Of a DNA stretch of 64,000 bases, positions 52,598 through 60,074 are shown piece by piece; within the stretch, counting starts at the first letter, position 1; the number at the start of each line of letters is the position of its first letter. The translations under genes were made by a program, and so were the position numbers. Below the pieces are notes generated by a model. That model had not been told where the DNA came from. It worked only from the letters and a program-made list of their open reading frames with translations, and made no database searches. Location: IMG/VR virus record IMGVR_UViG_3300044475_000063, positions 32,001-96,000 of that record. One strand, written 5' to 3'. Source of the DNA: a virus.

Positions 52598-52806
52598 GTT
52601 TGATGACTATGAAGAAGAGCCAGAAGCAAAGCGCATCTTTGACATTGCCGATCAGCTAGATGATCGCTTGGATGATTACGCGCTTGAGCGCTGCAAATCG
52701 TCGGAGGACGTTATACGCGGCGGCAAGCATGGGCGCGTGTACACCTTTCACGATGGGAGCAAATTGACCACGGCTGAAACTGGCTATGTTGGTTGCGAAT
52801 ACTGAT
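52598..52806 (+). pseudogene. homolog of 2448-2657 lacking a start codon (ATG to ACG)
   Basis: Frame otherwise intact and conserved. In-frame TGA lies 2 codons upstream. No internal Met. Confidence 0.5.
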
Positions 52807-52879
52807 TAACCGGCCCGCTAGACGGGCCTAAGCCACTAGAACCTAGCGCAATTGTGCGCTGGTAGATATAGGAGGAAGT

Positions 52880-53170
52880 ATGAGCAAGCATACGCCGGGA
52901 CCTTGGGTAATCAATCGCAATCAAACTGATTGCGGCGAAGATAAAATCAGCATTGAAGCCGCTGATGAATATTTTATCGCGCAAGTTGATCCCGGAGTAA
53001 GTCAAGAAGCAAACGCTAGCCTGATCGCTGCCGCGCCTGAACTGCTGGAAGCTTGCCAATTGATGCTTACTGCAATGAAGCTGGCAAATTGGGAGGGCGA
53101 TTTTGCAGCGCTAAAAGGAATTGCGGCGATTGCCAAAGCAACCGGCGAAACTCATGAGGAGGAAGTATGA
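52880..53170 (+). CDS. hypothetical protein with PGPW...AAAPELLEA motif
   Basis: ggagg RBS. Confidence 0.55.
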   Translation: MSKHTPGPWVINRNQTDCGEDKISIEAADEYFIAQVDPGVSQEANASLIAAAPELLEACQLMLTAMKLANWEGDFAALKGIAAIAKATGETHEEEV

Positions 53171-53346
53171 GTGAAGATGAAAAAGACGAGTGGTTTTCTA
53201 AGGGATACAGTTCCTATACTTCACTGGGAGATATAACGCCACCTGAGAATGCCACTCAAGAACAGAAACACGAATGGTATGAAGGCTGGCAACAGGCTGT
53301 GCGCGACAGTTATGAGTTCCATGATGATTATGGAGCTTCACTTTAG
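53167..53346 (+). CDS. hypothetical acidic protein (59 aa)
   Basis: ATGA overlap. Below the ORF-track cutoff. Confidence 0.4.
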   Translation: MSEDEKDEWFSKGYSSYTSLGDITPPENATQEQKHEWYEGWQQAVRDSYEFHDDYGASL

Positions 53347-53397
53347 CACCTAGCAACCAGCAGTAGAATAAACCAATTTCACTAAGCGGAGGCGGTC

Positions 53398-53586
53398 ATG
53401 GTAACAGTGTCTCAGATGGTAAGGGCGTTAAATTCGGATCAGCATTGCCACATGGCTTCATGGGAGCGTGACGCGGTGCATCGAGCGCATATTCGATCTT
53501 GCCACGGCCTGAAGCCTTATCACCTGACGCTCCGCGAGTGCGAATTAATCATCACTATTTTTAACAGGGTGTACCAAAATGCGTAA
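53398..53586 (+). CDS. conserved hypothetical protein
   Basis: Homolog of 2972-3160. Confidence 0.55.
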   Translation: MVTVSQMVRALNSDQHCHMASWERDAVHRAHIRSCHGLKPYHLTLRECELIITIFNRVYQNA

Positions 53587-53677
53587 ATTCAACTGGCCGT
53601 TTTTGATCGCCATGCTAATCAGCGCTGGCATTTGGGGCGCTGTAATCTGGCGCGTGTGGAGTGCTAATCATGGCTGA
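53579..53677 (+). CDS. small single-pass membrane protein (32 aa)
   Basis: MRKFNWPFLIAMLISAGIWGAVIW. Homolog of 3153-3251. Confidence 0.4.
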   Translation: MRKFNWPFLIAMLISAGIWGAVIWRVWSANHG

Positions 53678-53882
53678 AATTCGCATGACAGAGCGTGAAA
53701 AAGCTTTGAGCCGTGCTAGTGAGGCTGGCGAGAATGATTTTTTTCGCCGTGGCTCAATAAACCCAGCGTATGAAAAAGATGCAGGGCTAAAGCAAGCATG
53801 GGAACAAGGCTATAAGCGCGCCAAACAAAACGAAATTGCGTGGCAAAGGTATGAGCAAAACATCGGGAGATATCATGATTAA
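53670..53882 (+). CDS. hypothetical protein (70 aa)
   Basis: ATG at 53670 overlapping the small ORF end. No copy A counterpart. Confidence 0.45.
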   Translation: MAEIRMTEREKALSRASEAGENDFFRRGSINPAYEKDAGLKQAWEQGYKRAKQNEIAWQRYEQNIGRYHD

Positions 53883-54096
53883 AATTGGACGACCATCGCA
53901 CCTTGAAGCAGTAGCTTCCGCGCTTCCCGGCACTCGCAACCAGATCGCCAAGAGAGTAGGCATCAGCGCTGCTTGTGCAGGCCGTTTGCTGCGCGTTCTG
54001 GACGAAAAAAAGGCGATCTATGTGGTTACACATGCCGTTCCAAAACAAGGCCCCAAAATGCCTATATTCGCGTTGAAGAGGCAAACAAATGGCTAA
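53875..54096 (+). CDS. small helix-turn-helix DNA-binding protein
   Basis: Homolog of 3244-3453. Confidence 0.6.
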   Translation: MIKIGRPSHLEAVASALPGTRNQIAKRVGISAACAGRLLRVLDEKKAIYVVTHAVPKQGPKMPIFALKRQTNG

Positions 54097-54502
54097 GATG
54101 GGCCGTCCCGATTGCCGCGATAAAGTCTTGGCTGCGCTTCCTGGCATCCGTAGCCAAGTTGCAAAACGCGCTGGCGTTGCAGTTTCAAGCGCTGGAAAGT
54201 GGCTCGATATCCTGCACAAGGAAGGCTTGCTCTACATTAGCCAGTGGCGCACTCAAAAGGGTAATGGCGCTCGCTTGCCGCTTTACAAGCTAAAGGTAAC
54301 GGGCAAAGAGGTAGACCGGCCTCGACCACCAGCGCTAGGCGAAGAAACGTACCAGCAGCGCTACAACGAGCGCCATCCGCACCGCCGCACCGAGATTCGC
54401 AAGGCGTATGAAGAACGCCAGCGGCAAGCAGCGCTCAAGCGGAAGAAGGCCATAGCAGCTTGGGCCGCGCCCCTGACTACTGTTGTTTCTAAGTCGTGGT
54501 AA
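54089..54502 (+). CDS. winged-helix-like DNA-binding protein with basic C-terminus
   Basis: Related to 3454-3843. Confidence 0.55.
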   Translation: MAKMGRPDCRDKVLAALPGIRSQVAKRAGVAVSSAGKWLDILHKEGLLYISQWRTQKGNGARLPLYKLKVTGKEVDRPRPPALGEETYQQRYNERHPHRRTEIRKAYEERQRQAALKRKKAIAAWAAPLTTVVSKSW

Positions 54503-54687
54503 CTCTATAGCAGTTTTTTAGTGTAGAATCGTATTCGTTGGGCTAGTAATCCAACACCTCAGACGAAAGCAAAGCATGAACACCTATCAGAGTATTTTCT
54601 GGAGCGACATGGGCGAAAGCCTGTCCTTCCGTCCGGGGTTACGTCCTGCTGGCCTTACTAACCAGCCTCTCCAGAAAGTGCTTTGAT

Positions 54688-55002
54688 ATGAAAATCAAGA
54701 AACTTACCAAGCTACTCAATATTGCCGATCTGGCTATTGAGCATCAAAAAGCGCAAAACGCTACCAAAGAAGCGCAACGCCGCTATCACATCGCATGGCA
54801 GAAATACGAAACTGGTGACGAATGGCGGGGTGATGACGAAGATTTTTACGTCCATCCAGAAGAACGAATATCGCGCCATCATCCTGAATTTGAAGAAGCT
54901 TGCAAGGCAACCAAGGCTGTTTATGAAAAATACAAAGCGAAGAAACGCGCCGAGTACAACATCAGCCGCCGTCTTAAAACAGCAATTCGTAATCTGAAAT
55001 AA
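54688..55002 (+). CDS. hypothetical basic protein (104 aa)
   Basis: ORF after a 185-nt gap. Confidence 0.5.
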   Translation: MKIKKLTKLLNIADLAIEHQKAQNATKEAQRRYHIAWQKYETGDEWRGDDEDFYVHPEERISRHHPEFEEACKATKAVYEKYKAKKRAEYNISRRLKTAIRNLK

Positions 55003-55014
55003 ATAAGGTATCAA

Positions 55015-55944
55015 ATGAGGGACTATTCCAAAATTGGGCCTAAGTTCTGGATCGGGAAAACCGGGAAAGAGCTTCGTGCGCGAGGGCTTGAGGCTCAGAT
55101 TGTCGCAATGTATTTGTTGACTAGCCCTCATGCAAACATGCTTGGCCTCTACTATTGCCCGTTAATGTTCATCGCGCATGAGACAGGAATGGGCATGGAA
55201 GGGGCTAACAAGGGGCTTCAAAGCTGCATTGAAGTGGGGTTTTGTGAGTATGATGTCAACACTGAGATGACTTGGGTTATCGAAATGGCTTCATATCAGA
55301 TAGCAGACAGTCTTGCAGAGAAGGATTTGCGAGTAAAAGGCGTCATGAATGAGTATGCCAGTCTGCCAGATAACCCTTATTTGGCGCGGTTTTACGATAG
55401 ATATGGCCAAGCTTTCCTGATGTCAGAAAAACGGATTCCTCAATGCTCTGAACAAGCCCCTTTGAAGCCCCTTGAAAGCCAAGAGCAGGAACAAGAGCAG
55501 GAACAGAAGAAAGAGCAAGAGCAGGATGGTTACGCCGGGGCTTCGCCCTCGTCGGCCCCGAAAAAAAATCAGATGAGCGTTGTAAGGCAAAACAAGGAGC
55601 CAGCACCGACCAGCGCAACATGGCACTCATATTCCGATGCTTACGAATTGAGGTATAGAGCGCCTCCGGTTAGGAATGCAAAGGTTAATGGTCAGCTTGC
55701 CCAACTGATTGCAAGGCTTGGGGCGGAAGAAGCGCCAGCAGTAGCGGCCTTCTACGTGAGCCACAACAATCGGTACTACATCAACAAGATGCACTCTGTA
55801 GACCTTTTGCTTGCCGATGCTGAAAAACTTAGGACGGAGTGGGCGACAGGGCGTAGGGTCACAGCAACAGCCGCCCAAGAGGCGGATAGGCTACAAGAAA
55901 CCGGCGATATGTGGAGTCGGATCATGGACGAACAAGGAAAGTAA
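55015..55944 (+). CDS. putative replication initiator/replisome organiser (tentative)
   Basis: By position. N-terminal domain, then a QEQEQEQEQKKEQEQ linker and a basic C-domain. Not homologous to copy A at this position. Confidence 0.5.
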   Translation: MRDYSKIGPKFWIGKTGKELRARGLEAQIVAMYLLTSPHANMLGLYYCPLMFIAHETGMGMEGANKGLQSCIEVGFCEYDVNTEMTWVIEMASYQIADSLAEKDLRVKGVMNEYASLPDNPYLARFYDRYGQAFLMSEKRIPQCSEQAPLKPLESQEQEQEQEQKKEQEQDGYAGASPSSAPKKNQMSVVRQNKEPAPTSATWHSYSDAYELRYRAPPVRNAKVNGQLAQLIARLGAEEAPAVAAFYVSHNNRYYINKMHSVDLLLADAEKLRTEWATGRRVTATAAQEADRLQETGDMWSRIMDEQGK

Positions 55945-55947
55945 AAA

Positions 55948-56595
55948 ATGGCATCGAAAGAACTTATTCAGGCAATAGCAGCTACGGCAGAACTATGCGG
56001 TGCAAAGCTATCGGAAGCGGCGGCAAAGATGCTTGTAGCCGATCTGTCGCACTTCAACGAGCAAGACGTTATGGCGGCGTTGTCTCGCGTAAGGAAAAGC
56101 GGCAAGCGATTCTCATTGAGCGCAATCACTGACGAAATGTCTGAGGTTGATGGCCGTCCTGGCGTTGAGGAAGCTTGGGCGCTAGTTCCCCATTCGGAAG
56201 AGGCTTCTGTCGTGTGGACTGAGGAAATAGCAAAAGCGCATGGCGTTGTCTATGATCTTCTGAGAACAGATAAAGTCGCTGCGCGAATGGCATTCAAGGA
56301 AACTTATGTCCGTATTGTTGCGGAAGCAAGGGAGCAAGGTATCCCCGTTAAATGGTTCCCCTCGCTTGGCGGCGATGTGCTGGGCCGTCAGCAAGCATTA
56401 ATTGACGCCGTTAATAAAAATCGCCTCAAGGCAGAATATGCGATCAGGTTATTGCCGCCTGATTATGCTGATGGGCTTTTAGCTCTGACGAATAATCAAA
56501 CTATGATGCTTCCAGCGCCTGATCCAGAAGCAAAAAAACGGGTTTTTCTAATGCTAGAAAATTTGAAACAATCTTTGATTAAAAATCAATCATGA
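55948..56595 (+). CDS. putative replication accessory protein (tentative)
   Basis: By position after the initiator candidate. Confidence 0.45.
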   Translation: MASKELIQAIAATAELCGAKLSEAAAKMLVADLSHFNEQDVMAALSRVRKSGKRFSLSAITDEMSEVDGRPGVEEAWALVPHSEEASVVWTEEIAKAHGVVYDLLRTDKVAARMAFKETYVRIVAEAREQGIPVKWFPSLGGDVLGRQQALIDAVNKNRLKAEYAIRLLPPDYADGLLALTNNQTMMLPAPDPEAKKRVFLMLENLKQSLIKNQS

Positions 56596-56786
56596 GTTAT
56601 GCGATAAGGGCAGAAGCAGAGGCGCGGCATCCTGTCGTAAGTAGTCAAGGCCGCGATCCTAGAGCATGGGCAAAGAGAATAATTTACCGCGCCGAGAGAA
56701 ATGATAAATCTCTCTTGCACGTTCAAATTCAATTTGCTTATGAAGCAATGGGTTTAGAAGTTCCAAAAGCAGCAGACGCTATTTAA
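56592..56786 (+). CDS. hypothetical protein (64 aa)
   Basis: C-terminal VPKAADAI and downstream sequence shared with 5435-6067. Confidence 0.5.
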   Translation: MSYAIRAEAEARHPVVSSQGRDPRAWAKRIIYRAERNDKSLLHVQIQFAYEAMGLEVPKAADAI

Positions 56787-56799
56787 AAGGAGAAGGAAA

Positions 56800-57033
56800 A
56801 TGAAACAGAAATTGACGCCGTGGTTCCCTGCTGATGTTAAGCCGGTGCATGTGGGGTTATATGAAACTGATTGCTACAACACTTGTCAAAAAAGTTACCA
56901 ATTTTGGAACGGAGAATATTGGGGACTTCAATGTTTTGAAGAAGATATCAAACCATTTTTTCCTGAACGTGCAAAAAATAAAAGCCGTTATCAATATGTT
57001 TGCTGGCGCGGCCTTGCTGAAAAACCAAACTAA
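56800..57033 (+). CDS. conserved hypothetical protein
   Basis: Homolog of 6468-6701. Confidence 0.6.
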   Translation: MKQKLTPWFPADVKPVHVGLYETDCYNTCQKSYQFWNGEYWGLQCFEEDIKPFFPERAKNKSRYQYVCWRGLAEKPN

Positions 57034-57045
57034 AGGGGAATTACC

Positions 57046-57333
57046 ATGTACGAAGAATGGGACTACGGGCCTTTCAAGAAAGGGGATGAGGTTGAGCTTT
57101 TTGGCCTTAAAAAAGACATTTTACTAAATGGAAAAACAATTCGTATCTTAGAAGTTTTTCAAGTTGGTGTACTCCAAGGATACTATATGTCAAGCGTGGA
57201 AAATCGTTTGGTAGGATTTGAAAATTGCCGCCGACGTAAGCCGCCAATGACCGGCTTAGATAATATTCTTGCGCTTTTCAAAAAAGAACCAGAAGATCGC
57301 CCAATCAACACTAAGACGCCTGAAATGGCATAG
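57046..57333 (+). CDS. hypothetical protein (95 aa)
   Basis: aaagggg RBS. Confidence 0.5.
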   Translation: MYEEWDYGPFKKGDEVELFGLKKDILLNGKTIRILEVFQVGVLQGYYMSSVENRLVGFENCRRRKPPMTGLDNILALFKKEPEDRPINTKTPEMA

Positions 57334-57341
57334 GAGGGTAA

Positions 57342-57764
57342 GTGGCAACAAAATCATCCCGCCTAATGGGCGCAAAAGGCTTGTACGAGGTGCTGGTTGC
57401 CAAGTCTAGGCTTGAGCCAGAAGATGTGCGCGAGATTCAGCTACGGGTGCTTTTAGCGCTTGATTCGGCAAAGCGCTCGCGCTGCCCACCGGGCCTAGCA
57501 AACCTGCTAATCCGCCACATGATTATGGCAGCAGCAATCGGAAGCCAGATGCGCGATCAGTCGTTCTACAAGCTGGCGCAACGGGCCTATGCAGAGCTTT
57601 ACAAGGCCAGCATGAGAGACACGCAAGACCTAGACCTGACAACCGGCGAGTACAGCGTAATCAAGCGCACAATCGCGCTTTACCTTAACCACTTGCCAAA
57701 CGTAGAGCGCGGCTTGTTTGAGTTTGCAAGTAATCATGCGCAGAAAGTTTTGGCGCAAGGTTGA
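57342..57764 (+). CDS. conserved hypothetical protein (possible late regulator, by position only)
   Basis: GTG start after aggagg. Homolog of 7432-7854. Confidence 0.6.
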   Translation: MATKSSRLMGAKGLYEVLVAKSRLEPEDVREIQLRVLLALDSAKRSRCPPGLANLLIRHMIMAAAIGSQMRDQSFYKLAQRAYAELYKASMRDTQDLDLTTGEYSVIKRTIALYLNHLPNVERGLFEFASNHAQKVLAQG

Positions 57765-57782
57765 AATTATTTGGAGATAATT

Positions 57783-57983
57783 ATGACGTATGAACGTTAC
57801 AAAGTATTAAATGGATCGCAGAGCAAACATTGTTGTTTTGAGGCCACTGTGATTGATACAAATAAGCCAGTAATGTTGCGCGGAGAGAAAATGAGTTGGT
57901 TTCATACCGTAGCTGAATGTTTCGAGTTGGAAGATGCTATGTTAATTTGCGCCGCGCTCAACGCTAAGGAGAAAAAACCATGA
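57783..57983 (+). CDS. hypothetical protein (66 aa)
   Basis: ATG at 57783 (ORF-track start 57771). Confidence 0.45.
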   Translation: MTYERYKVLNGSQSKHCCFEATVIDTNKPVMLRGEKMSWFHTVAECFELEDAMLICAALNAKEKKP

Positions 57984-58234
57984 TGCGAATTAAACTATTC
58001 GGCCTGTTTATCGCCTTCGCCCTGCTGGCGCTGGTGCGCCCGCGCAAGTGCCTGAAACTGTTGGAGGCGGCTGACCGTGGCGTTAAAGCGGCGCACGAGG
58101 CAGAGCTATACCGCCAAATGAACATGCTAGTACAGCGTGCTGAAGAAGTGCCAGCAGCTACGGTAACGGCGGAAGATGCTATGCTAAACGGAGCGCAAAT
58201 AACTGGAATGATTCGGCGTTGCACGGCTATGTAA
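57980..58234 (+). CDS. signal-anchored small protein (84 aa)
   Basis: MMRIKLFGLFIAFALLALV N-terminus. Confidence 0.5.
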   Translation: MMRIKLFGLFIAFALLALVRPRKCLKLLEAADRGVKAAHEAELYRQMNMLVQRAEEVPAATVTAEDAMLNGAQITGMIRRCTAM

Positions 58235-58376
58235 AATTAAGTGTTGTATTTTTGCACTAGCGTTGACTTTGAATAATGGTTAAGGCATCATTACTACATC
58301 GAGCACCACTTTCCAGATAGGACTGGGTTCAAGCAACTTCCGCGCTGGCGAAGTGAAAGGCCAGCAAAAGATCAAA

Positions 58377-58452
58377 GCGCCGTTGGCAGACAGGATGATG
58401 CACCGGAATTCTAGTCCGACGTAAGGGAGTTCGAATCTCTCACGGCGCGCCA
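58377..58452 (+). tRNA. tRNA-Arg (anticodon UCU)
   Basis: 76 nt hand fold: perfect 7-bp acceptor, loop ATTCTAG (U33, UCU, A37), T-loop TTCGAAT, encoded CCA. C27-A43 and G13-A22 mismatches. Confidence 0.8.
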
Positions 58453-58460
58453 GTTTCAAA

Positions 58461-58534
58461 GCGGGTATAGCTGATTGGCACAGCAGAAGCCTTCCAAGCT
58501 TACGACTCGGGTTCGATTCCCGATATCCGCTCCA
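58461..58534 (+). tRNA. tRNA-Gly (anticodon UCC)
   Basis: 74 nt hand fold: acceptor GCGGGTA/TATCCGC, D-stem GCTG/CAGC, loop CTTCCAA, T-arm TCGGG-TTCGATT-CCCGA, CCA. Confidence 0.8.
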
Positions 58535-58539
58535 AGAAT

Positions 58540-58672
58540 TAGCGAAGGCAGATAGCCATGAATGAAAGCGCATGCGCAAGTAGTCATGCTGGCATACTGG
58601 AAGTAGCTAAAGCAAAGCCGCTGATGCGTTATGAGGAATTGCGCCACACAGTTCAAAACTGCGGCATGTGGT
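58540..58672 (+). ncRNA. structured RNA module M1 (copy B)
   Basis: Conserved with 8575-8708. The hairpin loop changes (CGGA to CAAA) while the stems are kept. Confidence 0.4.
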
Positions 58673-58680
58673 AAGATTAT

Positions 58681-58909
58681 GGGCCTGTGGCTGAGAGGAA
58701 AAGCACTCCTAATAATGGAAGGAGACAGGTAAAACTGATTTTCAAGTCGAAAGTTTTGCATGGTACACGGTTTGCAGAAGCACCTATAGCGGCCTGATTC
58801 AGGTGGCGGTTAAACAGCAAGGGAAGCGCGTTTCCAAGCTATGCAAAAGCTAGTAGTAATGCACTAGTACATGAAAATTACATGGGTTCAATTCCCATCA
58901 GGTCCACCA
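58681..58909 (+). ncRNA. tRNA-like RNA with ~150-nt insertion at the variable-arm position
   Basis: Acceptor GGGCCTG/CAGGTCC + A + CCA, D-arm GCT-GAGAGGAAA-AGC, stem CTCCT/AGGAG with 9-nt loop AATAATGGA, T-arm ATGGG-TTCAATT-CCCAT. 229 nt in total. Confidence 0.45.
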
Positions 58910-59150
58910 GTTGCAAGAATAGTAGTTGTAAGAGCCAATGCGAGACCCTGCGCGATCAACCTGCCCGGAGCAGGTTCCGTAAGGAAGGGGTGGCAGACCG
59001 GAAAGACGGTCACTGAATAGCAGTAGTGACGAGAGGACGTGGCAACCGCACGTTTGGCGAAGTTTGCTAATTCGGGACAGGCAACTGAAACATTGGAGTC
59101 ATGACCAATGGAACCAAGAGCTAAAACCTGATTACGTGGTTGACTAATTT
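58910..59150 (+). ncRNA. structured RNA module M3 (copy B only)
   Basis: No ORF. Local hairpins CCTGC-CCGGA-GCAGG, TTCC-GTAA-GGAA, GACCG-GAAAGA-CGGTC, GTCACT-N10-AGTGAC, CGTG-N7-CACG. Confidence 0.35.
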
Positions 59151-59159
59151 TGAATAGTT

Positions 59160-59428
59160 GGGCCGATACCGCAGGGGCGCTCGGGCCAATAAACGCCCCA
59201 GCATAAGCGCCGTCCTCCTTTCCCCAGCTATCGCTAGTGGGCGCAACAAGTAATTAGGCGTGATTATGCAGAGCCAAGTTAAGGGCGCATAGCGTGGAAG
59301 CCGCTAGTAGTTTTGTCTCGCAAGAGACGCCACAAGAAAGCCGATTTGTGAGATACGTGGTATATCAGCGCCCTCATAAGATGAAGTCCCTTGGTTCGAT
59401 TCCGAGGACAAGTCGGCCTCCTTGTGGC
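59160..59428 (+). ncRNA. structured RNA module M2 (copy B) with a tRNA-sized minihelix at its 3' end
   Basis: 5' part conserved with 8719-8890. Helix 59329-59344/59413-59428 encloses 59340-59417, which has a 10-bp acceptor-like stem stacked on T-arm CCTTGG-TTCGATT-CCGAGG. Confidence 0.45.
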
Positions 59429-59460
59429 CCCTACTATAAAACTGTAGGAATATAGATGGT

Positions 59461-59974
59461 GCATAATTCAATTGACGAATTGAATGTATGCCGAATGGTT
59501 CACGAAACGAGCCATTACATATCATCGGCAGCACGGAAGGACGTGGGTAAGCGCTGCAAATAGTCGGCAGAGAGATTGCGGCAATCCTAGGTGATTTGCT
59601 CTCATCATGCCAAGTTAGGTATCAAGCCCTAGCCCGATGATCTGTAATAAAGATTGGATGATGCCGGTCGTTACACGCCTGACTCTCGTTATAGAGTCAC
59701 TACACGCATGCTGATTGATAGGGATGGATACGTAGAACTGGACGCAGGGGCTATCCATAGAGTCTAGGCCTTGACCTAGAGCGCAAACTCCCCTAACTAC
59801 GATATTAGTCAGCAGTCGTGTGGTGCAATGCGGAGGCTGATCCGCGAAGCGTTCTATGAGTCCGATTGATTACCGGGATACTCGCAGGTTGGCTAGGCTT
59901 CGCGGGCCTAAACTTTAGCGCAGAATAATGCCAACAAAGCCAGAGTTCAGCACTGGCCACCACTTCAGTTTCAT
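59461..59974 (+). ncRNA. large structured RNA candidate P (unknown class), paralog of 47105-47685
   Basis: Helix 59521-59528/59634-59641. Blocks at 59527-59545, 59616-59636 and 59947-59963 are identical to blocks in the minus-strand copy. No ORF. Confidence 0.5.
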
Positions 59975-60052
59975 GCCAAGAGTAGCTCAACGGTTAGAGC
60001 GACGGATTAATAACCCGGATTATGCTGGTTCGATTCCAGCCTCGCGGCACCA
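59975..60052 (+). pseudogene. degenerate tRNA-like element ending in CCA
   Basis: D-arm GCTC-AACGGTTA-GAGC and T-arm GCTGG-TTCGATT-CCAGC are good. The acceptor has 2 mismatches and the anticodon stem has only 3 bp (loop TTAATAA). Confidence 0.4.
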
Positions 60053-60074
60053 GTTCTTTCCCGCAGCACCTTTC

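Noticed and set aside
58681-58909. Group I intron inside a tRNA anticodon loop (as in tRNA-Leu UAA or tRNA-Ile genes)
   Set aside because: Both strands of the anticodon stem (CTCCT/AGGAG) are adjacent and the extra ~150 nt lie after it. The insert is shorter than known group I introns, and I see no P7/P3-like conserved core elements.
58910-59150. SRP/4.5S-like RNA, suggested by CAGGTTCCGTAAGGAAGGGGTGGC resembling the GGUCCGGAAGGAAGCAGCC domain IV motif
   Set aside because: Only a short tetraloop-hairpin resemblance exists. The flanking symmetric and asymmetric loop motifs and the long closing helix of SRP RNA are not evident.
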